DNA from: the human T2T-CHM13v2.0 reference genome, Homo sapiens
DNA length: 64,000 nucleotides
Assembly: GCF_009914755.1 (NCBI RefSeq)
Contig: NC_060944.1
Strand: one strand, 5' to 3'
The translations under genes were made by a program, and so were the position numbers. Below, piece after piece: positions 43,748-56,899 of this stretch (the first letter of the stretch is position 1; the number at the start of each line of letters is the position of its first letter). The notes under the pieces were generated by a model that was given only the letters and a program-made list of their open reading frames with translations, was not told the DNA's origin and ran no database searches.

Positions 43748-43848
43748 AAAGACTAGTCAAGTGAAGCAGTGGGAGTGGAGAAGGAACAAAGAAATCTGTA
43801 ACTGGTTGTGATCAATTAGTTGTAAACACCACTGCACTCGAGCCGGCC
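43748..43848 (-). pseudogene. Y3 RNA (RNY3) retropseudogene
   Basis: Reverse complement GGCCGGCTCGAGTGCAGTGGTGTTTACAACTAATTGATCACAACCAGTTACAGATTTCTTTGTTCCTTCTCCACTCCCACTGCTTCACTTGACTAGTCTTT matches hY3 as recalled at all but about 4 positions; followed by A-tail. Confidence 0.96.
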
Positions 43849-43972
43849 ACAAAGGTAACTTTAAATAAAATTTAGAGTGTTGGTTACTATCCTGCAATAA
43901 GAACTTTGCATTTTGTAGAGACAGTTTGAACATGTGACCCCATGTTCTCTTTTTACTCTCAGAAACTCAACA

Positions 43973-44022
43973 AATATAGCAGATCAATTGTTCAGACAAT
44001 ATAGCAGATCAATTGTTCAGAC
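43973..44022. repeat. Perfect 25-bp tandem duplication
   Basis: AATATAGCAGATCAATTGTTCAGAC x2. Confidence 0.97.
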
Positions 44023-44060
44023 ATGTAATTACAGGCAGAGACTTAGAAGTAAGGAAACCT

Positions 44061-44366
44061 GGCTGGGCATGGTGGCTCACACCTGTAATCCCAGAACTCT
44101 GGGAGGCCAAGGCAGACGGATCACTTGAGGTCAGGAGTTCAAGACTAGCCTAGCTAATGTGGTGAAACCCTGTCTCTATTACAAATACAAAAATTAGCTG
44201 GGCATGGTGGCATGTGCCTGTAATCCCAGCTACTCAGGAGGCTGACATGAGAGAATCACTTGAACCTGGGAGGCAGAGGTTGCAGTGAGCTGAGATGCCA
44301 CCACTGCCCTCCAGCCTGTGCAACATAGTGAGACTCTGTCTCAAAAAAAAAAAAAAAAAAAAAAAA
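44061..44366 (+). mobile_element. Alu (Sx-like)
   Basis: Full dimer, long A-tail, TSD AAG(T/C)AAGGAAA. Confidence 0.96.
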
Positions 44367-44741
44367 GCAAGGAAAGCCATACAGGCTTAATCTCTGAGTA
44401 GCATGCATATAGTAATTTTATCGTTTTGCATCTTTGCATTTCTATTAAAATATTATAATTATTCCTTTTGGGGGGGAGTACATAGACTATCCTTGATATG
44501 GGAAGATACTTGTTTTGTCCTTACCAGATGTATACATCTTTAAAATATTATATTTTAAAGCATTAATCATTGATGCTAATTATATTAAAAAGTATGTTGG
44601 GAGGCTGTAATTAGTTTTGAAGGGTATATCCTAATCTTGGGAAAAGGGGAAGGTGCTTACTTATCTAAGCTTTCATAAATACCATGGATAAGTAGAAATA
44701 CCTGTGTACCTATGCTATATCCGCCCAGCCATACACACATA

Positions 44742-44742
<1 letters not shown>

Positions 44743-44782
<40 letters not shown>
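44743..44782. repeat. (AC)20 microsatellite
   Basis: Read directly. Confidence 0.97.
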
Positions 44783-44784
<2 letters not shown>

Positions 44785-44879
44785 AACACATTATAGGCAA
44801 AGGCCAGTCTGAACTTAGGAATTAAAAAAAAGTTAGATGTGGTCCCCACCTAGAATGAATAGACAAATAGACAGAAAGC

Positions 44880-45235
44880 AATGGTCGCTACTGCAAATTG
44901 AATTAGTGGTTGCAGAGATGAAGTACAAAATGAAAAGCTCTTTCTCAAAGCAGAAAGAACAACACAGAAATAGAAATCATGAGGAGAAAAAAAGATTTGG
45001 AGGCCAGATCTCAGAGACCTAAGTGGGACTAATGGGCATTCCAGATGGAGAAATGGAACAGATGGAAGGGAGTTAATCACACTCATAATTGAAAACTGTG
45101 CTTGTTTGACAAAAGACTTGGTTTGCAGATAAAAGTGCTCAGAGCTCCAAACGTGATTAACGAGAAAAGACACACTTTAGCACATCCTGGTAAAATTATG
45201 AGTTAAGGATAAACAGTAAAATGTTACTTTTCTAA
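44880..45235 (+). mobile_element. Ancient L1 ORF1/HAL1-like fragment
   Basis: Degraded ORF1p motifs DLEARSQRP, MGIPDGE and HILVK readable in shifting frames. Confidence 0.6.
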
Positions 45236-45371
45236 GCAGAATAGAAAAAGATAACGTTAGCATCAAACCGTGGCTTCATTCCTGATACAGGCCAAGTCCA
45301 TATTCCCCATGTTTCTGGAACTTTCAGGATCCAAAAGAGAGATTTTGTTCCTCTCCTATTTGGCTTCACTC

Positions 45372-45665
45372 TGTGTGGTAGATTAAAGATGACTGCAGAT
45401 TCTTTTTCACTCCCTACAGAGAGGTAGAATTTATTTCCCCTGCCTAGAATCTGGGGTGGCCCGAGGATTGCTTAACCAATAGAATGTGACGGAGCTGTTG
45501 CTGTGCCAGTTCCAAGCCTAGTCTGTGGAGGGCTAGCGGCTTCTGCCTCCTGCTTCTTAGAATGCTTGCACATTGGCTTCTCATACTCCCAACTCAGCTG
45601 CCATGCTGTGAGGGAGTCCAAGCCACACAGATAGGCCAGGAGGAGGCTTTCCTGTTGACAGCACA
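45372..45665 (+). mobile_element. MLT1E/F-like LTR fragment
   Basis: TGTGGTAGATTAAAGATG...TTAACCAATAGAATGTGACGGAG...GCTGCCATGCTGTGAGG. Confidence 0.7.
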
Positions 45666-45798
45666 AGTAAGTTTAGTGGTCAGAATCTAAATCCCGGGCA
45701 AATTCTAGAATAGAGAGACTCTAATAATCCTATCACACTTCAGTCTCTGGTCATGCTCAGTGAACTTTCTTAAAAGAGGTATCCAGTAGATTCTATAA

Positions 45799-46159
<361 letters not shown>

Positions 46160-46172
46160 TAATGGAATAATG

Positions 46173-46178
<6 letters not shown>

Positions 46179-46220
<42 letters not shown>
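46179..46220. repeat. (TA)21 microsatellite
   Basis: Read directly. Confidence 0.97.
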
Positions 46221-46223
<3 letters not shown>

Positions 46224-46479
46224 GTTTTTTTGGTGTACTTCTGGAGACCTTGCTATAGCATTTAATCCTCTCCGTTGCCAGACCTAAATCTTCTGTTTGG
46301 GTATAAAAAAATGTAGCTTTGCGGTGAGCAGCCAATAGATTCCCTAATTGTTTAAGATAAAGAAGAGTGTCAGCCTATTAGGCCATGAAATGGCAGGGGT
46401 TACTAACCAGATGACTGCATGACAATTGTTACTATGAGATTCAAAAAACAAAAACAAAAAAACTTCAAGGAGGACATGG

Positions 46480-47002
46480 ATCCTACTGAAGCTTTATATT
46501 AGCCATGTATGTTACTTTCTAGATACCAATGCTCTGAGGTCTTGCTGGCCCCTGGAGGGATTGCTCCTCCCGGGGGCAAATAACTTGCTTATGAACATGT
46601 TTTTCAAATACAAATTGACAATCCAGAGCCTATACCTCAGCCACCTCCTTTATTAGGATCTCACACTCCAGGCCACTATCTACCTGCCCTAGTAATCCCA
46701 GGGCCTGGTACCACACAATCAGGACAGCCCGTATGCCCCAGAGCCTGCTGAAATCTTAAAACTAGCAGATCTTAAACCTGCGTACCCTGTCTCAGTTGTT
46801 CTTTTCTGTAGAAACTATAATAAAGTCTCCTGCCCGCAGGAAAATTCTCTGCCTATAACCAACTTTGGTGTTTTCTTGAGTGGTCTCCTGTGATGTGTCT
46901 GCTCTGTCCTCTTGGAACTGTGAAAAGCAAACTAGCATTTCAAAGGCCTGATTTGTTGGCCTTACTATACCTCAGATTCTCCATTGATACACTATGTTTT
47001 AG
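46480..47002 (+). mobile_element. MER74-like ERVL LTR
   Basis: CCCTGGAGGGA...CAATCCAGAGCCTATACC...TCTCACACTCCAGGCCACTATC...TATGCCCCAGAGCCTGCTGAAAT...AATAAAG. Confidence 0.75.
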
Positions 47003-47134
47003 AGGAAACCTCTAGATATTGGAGTCAGACTTCACTTCTCTCTGGATATTGAACAATTTGTGTCTTAGTGATTATGCTGATGGGGCGGCTCTGCCACTGA
47101 TCATTTTATCATCACTCAAACATGCTCTAGGTGG

Positions 47135-47668
47135 CCTATGGGAGGTTATATTTTTCAAAGATAGCTACAACACTGTGTTTCATCCCACATGCTGTTTTGT
47201 ATAATGTGATTTTATAGTCCTCCCACTTGTTTCCTCCCCTTGAATCTTGTGATTATGGCAGAAGTGATGCAATATGACTTCTGAGGTTAGGTCACAGAAG
47301 GTGATAGAGCTTCACCTGGTTCTTTTGCGGAACGCTCACTCTAGGAGCGCAGCTGCCATGGAAGCTCAAGTAGCCCATAGAGATGACCACATGGAGAGGA
47401 GCCAAGGCTTCCAGACCACCACGCCGGCTGAGCTCCCAAATAGTAATAATTAAAAAAAATTTGCCAGCCATGTAAGTGTGCCTCCTTGGAAATGAATTCT
47501 GCAGTCCCCAGGTGGACTGTCCCAGCTGATGCTGAGTGGAGCAGAGATGAACTGTCCTTGCTGAGCCCTGCCAAAATTGCAGTCATGAGCTAAATAAATG
47601 TTTGCTGTTGTTTTAAGCCACTGAGCTCTGGAGGGATAGCTTGTTATGCAGCAATATATAGCTGGAAA
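47135..47668 (+). mobile_element. MLT1F/G-like LTR
   Basis: GGCAGAAGTGATGCAATATGACTTCTGAGGTTAGGTCA ... TTGCTGTTGTTTTAAGCCACTGAG...GTTATGCAGCAATA. Confidence 0.8.
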
Positions 47669-47694
47669 TTGGCTTAATCACAAAGCCTCCCTAA

Positions 47695-48178
47695 AAGGAG
47701 CACATGCTAAAATACACAGCAGGTTTATGGAACCCGGCCACGTGGCCAGGTCTGGGGTTGAGGCAGATTTTCTAAACCAAACACCCACCCTAGAGATTCT
47801 GATTTAATTAGTCTGTGGTGGGACCCAGGTGATTTTAATGTATTAATACAATCAGGTAATTCTAATTTGCCTGCACCAAGAACAGTTGGTATAGAAACTG
47901 TGAGGAGTTGGGGGACCCAGGCATCTGCATGCTTTAAGATTCTCAATTGGTTCAAATGTATAGCCAGGGTTAAGGACACTGTAGCTAAACTATCTATAAC
48001 GTGAATGTCAGAGCAGTGCTTTTAAAGCTTTAATGTATACCTACTCACCAGCGGATATTGTTAACAATGCAAATTCTGATTTATAAATCTGAGGTGGGGC
48101 CCCAGGTCTGCATTTTTATCAAGTTTCCATGGGATGTGGATGCTGCTGGTCCCAGTACCACATTTGGAGCAGCTGGGA
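47695..48178. mobile_element. Cluster of MER5-type hAT MITE fragments
   Basis: Repeated AGATTCTGATTT...GGTGGGGCCC...GATGCTGCTGGTCC motifs. Confidence 0.7.
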
Positions 48179-48782
48179 GTTGAAGCACTATGCAAGAGCT
48201 AAACAGAGATGTCTGGGTAAAGTATCCACAGTGGCTTATAACATCTGCCCAAAGGCCTCAAACTGGCCCTAATGCAAGAAGTAGAATGAAGTGCACTAAT
48301 GAGGGGTGTGGGAACTCAGTGGTTGCATACTCGGAGGATTCTGTGAATGAGAAGGCTGTCTTCCGGCTCCTGGGCTTAGAATTGATTGAAAACATTACCA
48401 TCTTAAAGTGGTACTAGGGTGGAACACCTGGTAATCTGAATGAGCCATCTTCCTGTTGATATCACCCCGGACACATTCTGTTGCAACAGGGCTTTGGGGA
48501 GTTATACTTCATGGGTTTGGTGGCCCATATCAACCTATTATGAGGCAAGGGCTGTTATGAGCCACAGCAACTGTTTATCTGCCTGTGTAGGCTCTTCACC
48601 AGAAATCTCACTCAGGAGTGGTTGTCCTGAGAAGCTGAAAGAGAGCCACGTTAAGTTTCTAACAGCATCCAATGAATGACCTCCATTTAGTTTTGCTCCA
48701 AGTTATGGATTGGGTGGCAAATTCTTTCCATAATCCTGCCAATTCCAGAGAAATAAAGATCCAGATTAAAGTGAATAATGTT

Positions 48783-49062
48783 CTAGAACAGTCTTGGCAC
48801 ACTATGGCCCACAGGCCAAATCCGGCCTTTTGTATCGCTTTTATATGGCTAAGACTGATTTTTACATTAAAAAAAATTTTATTTTTTTCTAGCAGCCTCC
48901 CAAGCCAGAGTAGACTCAGACACTCCCCATTTTTAAAGGTTTATAAAAAATTAAAACAAAAACCAAAGATGAATATTTTACAGTAACTGTATATAGCTTA
49001 TACAAACTAAAATATTTATTACCTGGCCCTTTATAGGCAAAGTTTTCTAATCTCTGCTCTAG
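48783..49062. mobile_element. MER58B-type hAT element with a small internal insert
   Basis: ACTATGGCCCACAGGCCAAATCCGGCC ... AAAATATTTATTACCTGGCCCTTTATAG; flanks TTCTAGA/CTCTAGA. Confidence 0.82.
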
Positions 49063-49197
49063 ATTAAAAGCCCAAATATCCTTTATTAATTGCCTTCCCT
49101 GCCACTAAAAGAATATGGATCCCTACACATATTTTTCAGAAGTAAATAGGAGGTCTACCTCCAGGGAATCCAGAATAATCCCTGTACCAACATCATC

Positions 49198-49601
49198 TGC
49201 TATGGTCTGAATGTGTCCTCCAAAATTTATATGTTGTAACTTAATCGCCGGTGTGATAGTGTTAAGGTGGGACATTTAGAAGGTGATTAAGTCAGGAGGG
49301 CTCATGGATCCCTCATGAATAGGATTAGTGCCCTTATAAAAGGCCTGAAGAAACATAGGTAGGAGCTTTTGCCCTTCTGTCTCTTCTGCCATGTGAGGAC
49401 ACAGCATTCATCCCATCCAGAGGACTTGATAACAAGGCCCCATCTTGGAAGCAGAGAGAGCATCCCTCGCCAGACACCAAACCTGCCAGCACCTTGATCT
49501 TGGACTTCCCAGTCTTCAGAACTATGAGAAATAAATTTATATTATTTATAAATTACCCAGTCTGTGGTATTTTGCTATAGCATCACAGATAGACAAAGAT
49601 A
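49198..49601 (+). mobile_element. MaLR LTR (MSTD-like)
   Basis: TGCTATGGTCTGAATGTGTCC...AATAAATTT...TATAAATTACCCAGTCTGTGGTATTTTG; TSD TCATC/TGATC. Confidence 0.88.
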
Positions 49602-49902
49602 TGATCTCCAAGTAATCTAGAAATAGAGGCCTAGAAGAGAAGATTTTTATTCTTTAATTACAGAGGAAGTGAGAAGAGAACATTTTTTCATCATAATCCA
49701 ATCTTGCATTTCTGATCTTTCATCTATTCACATTTTTACTCCTCTATTTTGTAGCTCTTGTTCTTTCCCTCCTATTCTCCTGACATTTCCTCAATTCAGC
49801 GGGTTCAGTTTACTTCTCCTATGCTGAAGAAATCATTTCTTTAAGGAGGAAAAAAGAGACAAAGGGAAAGTCCTGAAAAGTAAAGGGACCCAAGAAATCA
49901 AC

Positions 49903-50262
49903 TGTATCAATCAGGATAGGCTGCTGTAACAAATAATCCCCACATTTTCATGGCTCAGCCCATCATACGTTTATTTTTGGCTCACACAAGTGAAATGTCG
50001 ATGCTTCCAGTTAGGTTGCCCTCCTTGTCTAAGCAGTGTCTTGGAGATTCAGGTTTCTTCCAGCTTGAACTCTGCCACTCTCAACACATGTCCCCAAGGG
50101 TCTTCACAGAAGTGGTGGAGATATCATGCAGAAGACACCCCAGATTCTTAACCACCTAGGCTGGGTGGAGACACATGTCACCTGCCCTCACATTCCATTG
50201 GCCAAAATTAGTCACATGGCTCCACCTAACTGCAAGGGGGTGTGGGAAATGTTGTTCCTGGC
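49903..50262 (-). mobile_element. Old MLT1 LTR fragment
   Basis: GCTGCTGTAACAAATAATCCC...CATTCCATTGGCCAAAATTAGTCACATGGC. Confidence 0.65.
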
Positions 50263-50264
50263 TG

Positions 50265-50572
50265 GATAAATCTCATGATATAATACTATATGAAAGAAGC
50301 CAGCACAAAATAAGTACATTTGGTATGATTCCTTTTATATATTCAAAAGTATATAAAATGAATGCATTCCATTAGAAGCTTAGGTAGTGGTTACTGTTAG
50401 GTGAGGTGGTCATGGGGAGGAACATGAGGGAGCTTCTTGGTTTCTAGTGTTCATTTTCTGGATCCTGTCTCTGGGAACATGGGTGTGTTCATTTTGTGAA
50501 AATTCATTGAGCTGTGCACATATGATTTATGTACCTGTGTGTTTATATGTTAAACTTCATTTAAAATTTTTA
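50265..50572 (+). mobile_element. Old L1 (L1ME-like) 3' end
   Basis: ATGATTCCTTTTATAT...GTGTTCATTTTGTGAAAATTCATTGAGCTGTGCAC. Confidence 0.75.
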
Positions 50573-51344
50573 CACTAAATGCTGATAGTAGACAGGATGT
50601 TTGGGAAATAAAGGGAAAAACCAACCCTTAAGCTCACTTTTTGCTCTTTTTCCAATAGTAAGATATTGTATCTCTTAAACTCAGTTTTCTTGTATGTAAA
50701 AAAAAAAAGGTTCATAATAATTGCTTTGCTTGGCTTTTATGAGGAACACAGGACCCTAGAGACACAGTTTAGAATACAGCAGACAAGAGTTCTCAGCTAC
50801 TATAGCCAGGACACGTTTTTATTAGGCATCTTATTGTGGCTTTGGTTGGGAGAATACTAATGGCTGCTAGACAGAAAGGAAGGTGAGAAAGAGGAGAATT
50901 AAAGGTAATTTGCTTTGCAGAATTTTGGCTTTGAGAAGTTTAGGGTTGATTAAGATTATGAAAAGGCACTTATAATCTCAGAGGAGAGAAATATATAGTA
51001 CATAGAAATAATCACTATAAGAAAAATTATAATGTTACACATCATATTTGCATTTAACTTATGTGAATTCAACTATACATATTTGGCACATACCCCAACC
51101 CCACAAACACACCCCTCTTGAAGAGAACATGAATTAGATGATGTGCATCATCATTTCTTAACTCCCACTCCACTCTCCATGTGAGACTTCTCAGTGACAA
51201 GTGTAATTCTACCTCTTAAAGACACAATTATTTTCTTACCACACAGCTCCTAAATGCATGCTAATGACTGTATGTCAATCACCTATGGCCAGGTGGCAGT
51301 GGTGAAATAGGCATCGCTCTCTGACGCACGTATTAAAACTTGCA

Positions 51345-52222
51345 GAATTGGTAGATGAGAGAAGGTTTATCTTTATAGAAAGTTTCCAGTTATTAAGTGA
51401 GGGAGAATTATAGGATTGGAATATCATCTTTTCACAACTACTAATGAACTAATGAATCTGGGCATTAAACATCAATGGCTGCTAACATCACATGAAGAGA
51501 CACCCAGACATGACATGCCTCCTGGTAGAAGAATCCAACATTACCTATGACGTGTTCCTGCCAAAAAACTCAAACCCAACTAAGATCAAACCTCTCAGTT
51601 CAAATTATTCACATACACACACACACACAAAAATAATTTACATAAAATATAAGGGAGAAAGGAACATTGTAAATTACACCACAGGGTTGAAATCAACAAA
51701 ATCCAGACAGTGACAAATTCCACATGGGCAAACAACCCTGTTTCTTCAACAAATAAATTGTAAGGAAAGAAAGAGAGAGAATGAAGGGGAAACTTCAGAT
51801 TAAAAGAAAAGTAAAAGACATATCAATAAACCATCATGTGTGGGCCTTGTTTGAATTTTCATTTTAAAAAATTTAAAAAATATTTATAAGATAACTGGGA
51901 CTTTGAACATTGCTTGGATATTTTATTACGTTAAGGAATTATCAATCACTTTTTTTAGGTTTGGAAAGATATTCTGGTTATATTTAAAATAATCCTATCT
52001 TTTAAAGATATGCACTGAAAGACATGGATGAATGATGTGACAGACGTTTCAGACAAATGGTATGTCAGATGCTTGGTTCAAAATTATACAAGAGGGGAGA
52101 AAGTGAATGATGGTGTATGTGGGTAGGAATGGCTGTAGCTGATGATCCGGAGTGTGGTTCATTATTCGTATTCTGTTGCTTTTGTATTTGCTAAACATTC
52201 TGCATAATAAAAAGTAAAAGAA
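51345..52222 (+). mobile_element. Old L1 (L1ME-like) 3' UTR
   Basis: CATCAATGGCTGCTAACATCACA...TTTCTTCAACAAATAAATTG...CATAATAAAAAGT end. Confidence 0.65.
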
Positions 52223-52231
52223 ATGGCTTAT

Positions 52232-52400
52232 ATAATGGTGTCAGTGGCTTGGAAGAAAATTCCATAGACAGCAGCAGTGCACACATTTTAAGAAGCATGA
52301 TATTATGTGTGCTCTTGCCAGAAAAGACAATATCTCACAGTCACTGGTACCATGGAGTTCACCGTGATTCAGGATTAAACTCTAAATGTGAGGAAGTCTT
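52232..52400 (+). mobile_element. TcMar/pogo (Tigger-like) transposase relic
   Basis: GTGTCAGTGGCTTGGAAGAAAATTCCA = VSVAWKKIP, like the pogo/Tigger transposase C-terminal AW..I....I..SFKK region. Confidence 0.5.
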
Positions 52401-53467
52401 TATAACCCCTTAAATAATTTTTCCTGTATATTTTGCTTTTCTAATGTATGAGAGTGACAGATGACGTAAAAATGTTGATATGAATCTAGTTCATTTAATA
52501 GGGACAAAATTTAATCAATAGGGATAAAAAAATATTTTTCATTGGGATAAAAATTCCAACTGATATGTTTGCATCATGTCTGAATGCAAATTTTTTTTTT
52601 CCTTGAGTTGTACATAAACAGCAGAATGTCTTATTATTGATAACTTTTTAGTTTTGATGAAATACAAAACTTCTTCTAGTGGCCATGTTAGCCTCAGTGA
52701 TTTACTCAAATGCAGGATAAGGGAAAAAAACTGGATTTACTGGATGGATTAACAAATGGTCCTGTGTTATTCTTAGTAATTTAATAGTTTCTGAGGGATT
52801 CTTTTTCCAGTTGCAGATTGGAGTGTGTATAATGGTCTGACTTAAAGTTTGGTCAAGATGAAGAGGGAGGCGTGGGAAAGCTGCTGCGGCTGGCAGCATG
52901 GGGGCAGTTTTTCTGCAGCTGCTTATCATTTTCTGTCTTGTTTAACCATTTAAAATAGGAGAAAAAACATACAGGAATGGGGGTTGTTGTCAATAAGGGC
53001 TCCAATTCGGTAAAAATAGGCTTTGCAGTGGATGCATCAGTTGTGACAGAAATATAGCAGCACTGAACTGGCTGGTTTCAGAAATGAAGTGCCCATAGGA
53101 GCTGGCAGGAACTGCAGAGGTCACCGAATCCACCACTGTCATTTTGTGGGTGACGATGCTCAGGTTATCCAAGTTTACACAGCAAGCGGGACCCATGGCT
53201 AGAAACTGGGTCTCCTGGATTCTAAGATTTTGATCCATGCTAAAAGAAAATGCTCCGAAGGTCGCCTAGAAGCAGAGCCTGAGATGGAGATTCTTGTGAA
53301 AGAGATTTGTTGGGGGAACAGCTCTCAGGAAAAAGGAAATGAAAGGGTCAGGAGAGGGCAGGGGAATAAAAGCAAACCAAGGGTGTGGTTTCAGGTGTAG
53401 ACCAGCTGCGGCCTTATCCTCAGGCAAGAGGGCCAGCCTTCTGAACCCCCTGTCAGCCATAGCTCTT

Positions 53468-53577
53468 TTGTTATGAGCTGAACTGTGCCCACCCCTCTTC
53501 ATGAGCTGAAGTCCCAACCCCCAGTACTTTAGAATGCAACTGTATTTAGAGACGAGGTCTTTAAAGAGGTAACTAAC
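53468..53577 (+). mobile_element. MLT1A/B LTR 5' fragment
   Basis: TGTTATGAGCTGAACTGTG...GTATTTAGAGACGAGGTCTTTAAAGAGGTAA. Confidence 0.7.
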
Positions 53578-53846
53578 CTGGATACCCAGAAGATATATAT
53601 AAGGTTAGCGTATGTCTATAATTTATATCTTTAAAGAAAAAAAGACAAGCATTGTTTGTTCTCTAATGCCAACTCTGAAACTACAAGAAGGTCTGCACCA
53701 GAACAACTCTTCTAAGAATGACTTAGATCAACAGTACAGGTTATAAATTAGAAGTGCTGGTGGATGGTTTGGTGGATTGTTCAGAAGGTCATTTAATCCC
53801 TGAACAACTGACATTCTTTTACAAAAATGAACAAGACACTACTCCT

Positions 53847-54588
53847 TGTTAGGTGCTGAACTGAGTCTCCCAAAACTACTTATGTGGAAATCCTTACCCC
53901 TAGTCCTTAGAATTTGACTGTATATGGAGACAGGATCTTAAAATCCTGTCCTCATTTTAACTTAACTATTATATTAAAGTTAAGTGGAAATGATGACATT
54001 AGGGTGGGCCCTAGTCCAATATGATGAGTGTTCTCACATGAAAAGAAAATTTAGAATAGGCACACAGAGGCCCAGCATGGTGGCTCACGCCTGTAATCCT
54101 AACAATTTGGGAAGCCAAGATGGGCAGATCATTTGAGGTCACGAGTTCAAGATCAGCCTGGCCAACATGGTGAAACCTTGTCTCTAGTAAAAATACAAAA
54201 AAATGAGCTGGGTGTGGTGGCATGTGCCTGTAATCCCAGCTACTTGGAGGCTGAGGCACGAGAATCACTTGAACCCAGGAAGTGGAGGTTGCAGTAAGCT
54301 GAGATCACACCACTGCACTCCGGCCTGGGTGATAGAGTGAGACCCTGTCTCCAAAACAAAAAACAAACAAACAAACAAAAACAAAAAATAGGCACACAGA
54401 AAGAAGACCATGTGAAGATGCAGAGAAGGCTGTTACCTGCAAGCCACAGAGAGAGGCCTCTGAATGAAACCAACTCTGCTGACACCTTGATCTTGGACTC
54501 TCAGACTCCAGAACTGTGAGGAAATAAATTTCTGTTGTTTAAGCCCCACAGCCCTCGGTACTTTATGTCAACGGAGCAGACTCATGCA
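53847..54588 (+). mobile_element. MLT1B-like LTR split by an Alu
   Basis: AGGGTGGGCCCTAGTCCAATATGA ... GACACCTTGATCTTGGACT...AATAAATTTCTGTTGTTTAAGCC. Confidence 0.82.
54069..54386 (+). mobile_element. Alu (S family)
   Basis: TSD AATAGGCACACAGA on both sides. Confidence 0.96.
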
Positions 54589-55134
54589 CCTTTGACCAAG
54601 GAAATCCTCTGGAGAAAGAAGCAGCTGTGCATTGTGTTATCTACCAAGACTCCCAGCAAGCAGGGGAAGGATGCCCTGAATTGTGAAGGGATCTATTCTC
54701 TAAGGACATGGAGGAATACCCAGAGATCTCTTAAGAGGTGCTCTATTAGAACTTTTAGAAAGCAACATTTATTTAGAATGACCCAACTATGGGTCATTCT
54801 CAGAGGATACAGGGGAAGAAGAAGAGATTGGATTGCTGTGATTTTATAGCTTGACTTTTTATATTTTTTTCCAAAGCAAACATGAAAGGAAGATGGAGTC
54901 TGACATGAAGCAGGGGAGGAAAAGAAGACTATGGTTTGTCTTTCTTAATTGGGAAGGATAGCAGGATCTGCTGGGTAGAGAGGGGTGCAATAAAAATGTG
55001 CTACCTCTTCTGAGATCACCAAATGAAGTATGGATTGCATTATGAGACAGGCTGCATTTCCTCATTACTCTAATCCAGTCTTCACCAACACTTTTTACCA
55101 GATTTTTACTCTTTCCTGCTTTTAGAAATTTTAT

Positions 55135-55417
55135 TTAGTTTTTATATTTATTTATTTGAGACAAGGTCTCACTCTGTCACACAGGCTGGAGTGCGGTGTC
55201 ATTATCTCATAGCTCACTGCAACCTTGAACTCCTGGGCTCAAGCAATTCTCTGGACTCAACCTCTCGAGTAGCTGGGACTATAGGCATGCAACACCATGC
55301 CCAGCTAATATCTCTCTATGTTGCCCAGGCAGGTTTCCAACTCCTGAGCTCAAGCCATCCTTCTGCCTTGGCCTCCCAAAGTGTTGGGATTACATGCTTG
55401 AACCACTGCACCCAGCC
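55135..55417 (-). mobile_element. Alu (J family, linker deleted)
   Basis: CCCAGCTAATATCTCTCTATGTTGCCCAGG junction lacks the A-rich linker. Confidence 0.9.
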
Positions 55418-56365
55418 AAGAAATTTTTTAAAACTCAAATGAAATTATTGCAGGGGTTTATCAAGTTGATTTTCACCCCAATCATTTTCTGTACTTAATA
55501 AAGTGAAAGAAAGATCACTGATGAGGAAACTTCTGTAGGACACTTGATGAGCAGGGAAGTAAAACATAATTCTTAATAGTCAGGAAGTTGGCTCCTTCAA
55601 ACCTGTAGTATGACTTTTATCAGGGAAATGGAATTCAATTTCTCAAATATTTACTCCTTTTTACTTTCCATGAGCTGTATTAAACAGCTACTAAGCAAGA
55701 AAATGCCCTTCCATGATTTGGATACCACATTTTTGGGCAATATCACATAAACCTTGGTGTGACAAGGAAGCCTCAATTGCCCTTTTATCACAAGGCCATG
55801 ATAAAAGAGAAAATGGTTATGTTACCCGAGTGGGGAAGAATGCTAAGTGATGACACCAAACAGAGTCAAGCTTCCTACGTGTGAGTAAAACAGGTGGAAA
55901 TCTAAGACCTTGCCTGTGTGCACAGATGAAATAGCAGATGAAATGTAAGTTTAGGGGCCCCTCACTTACATAAGCACTTCCAAGGCCCCGCACCGAATTT
56001 TTTATCCATAGAAGTTTTGTATTCCTTGTTTCTACAACGGACCCCCACATAGAATCATCTCCAGGCTCCCATAACCTGCAACTTCCTCATATTGGGTATA
56101 ATGTTGTCAGAAGAAATGATTATGGATGGGACATTTAGATACGTGCCTGTGGGGCTCCACAGTGATCATGTGAAAAGGGACAATAGTCAGTAAATCACCC
56201 AGTTGGTTGAGTGCACAAGACAAATGTCTTTCATCAATGATTTCCCAAAGTGACTCTTGTATGAGGCCCTCCATTAGCTGGTCCATGATACGCGTCCATT
56301 TGGGCAGCTACGTGGAGATAGCACACCATAAAATAATTTTATGAGTACTTCATCTGTCTGTTGAT

Positions 56366-56895
<530 letters not shown>

Positions 56896-56899
56896 TCTA

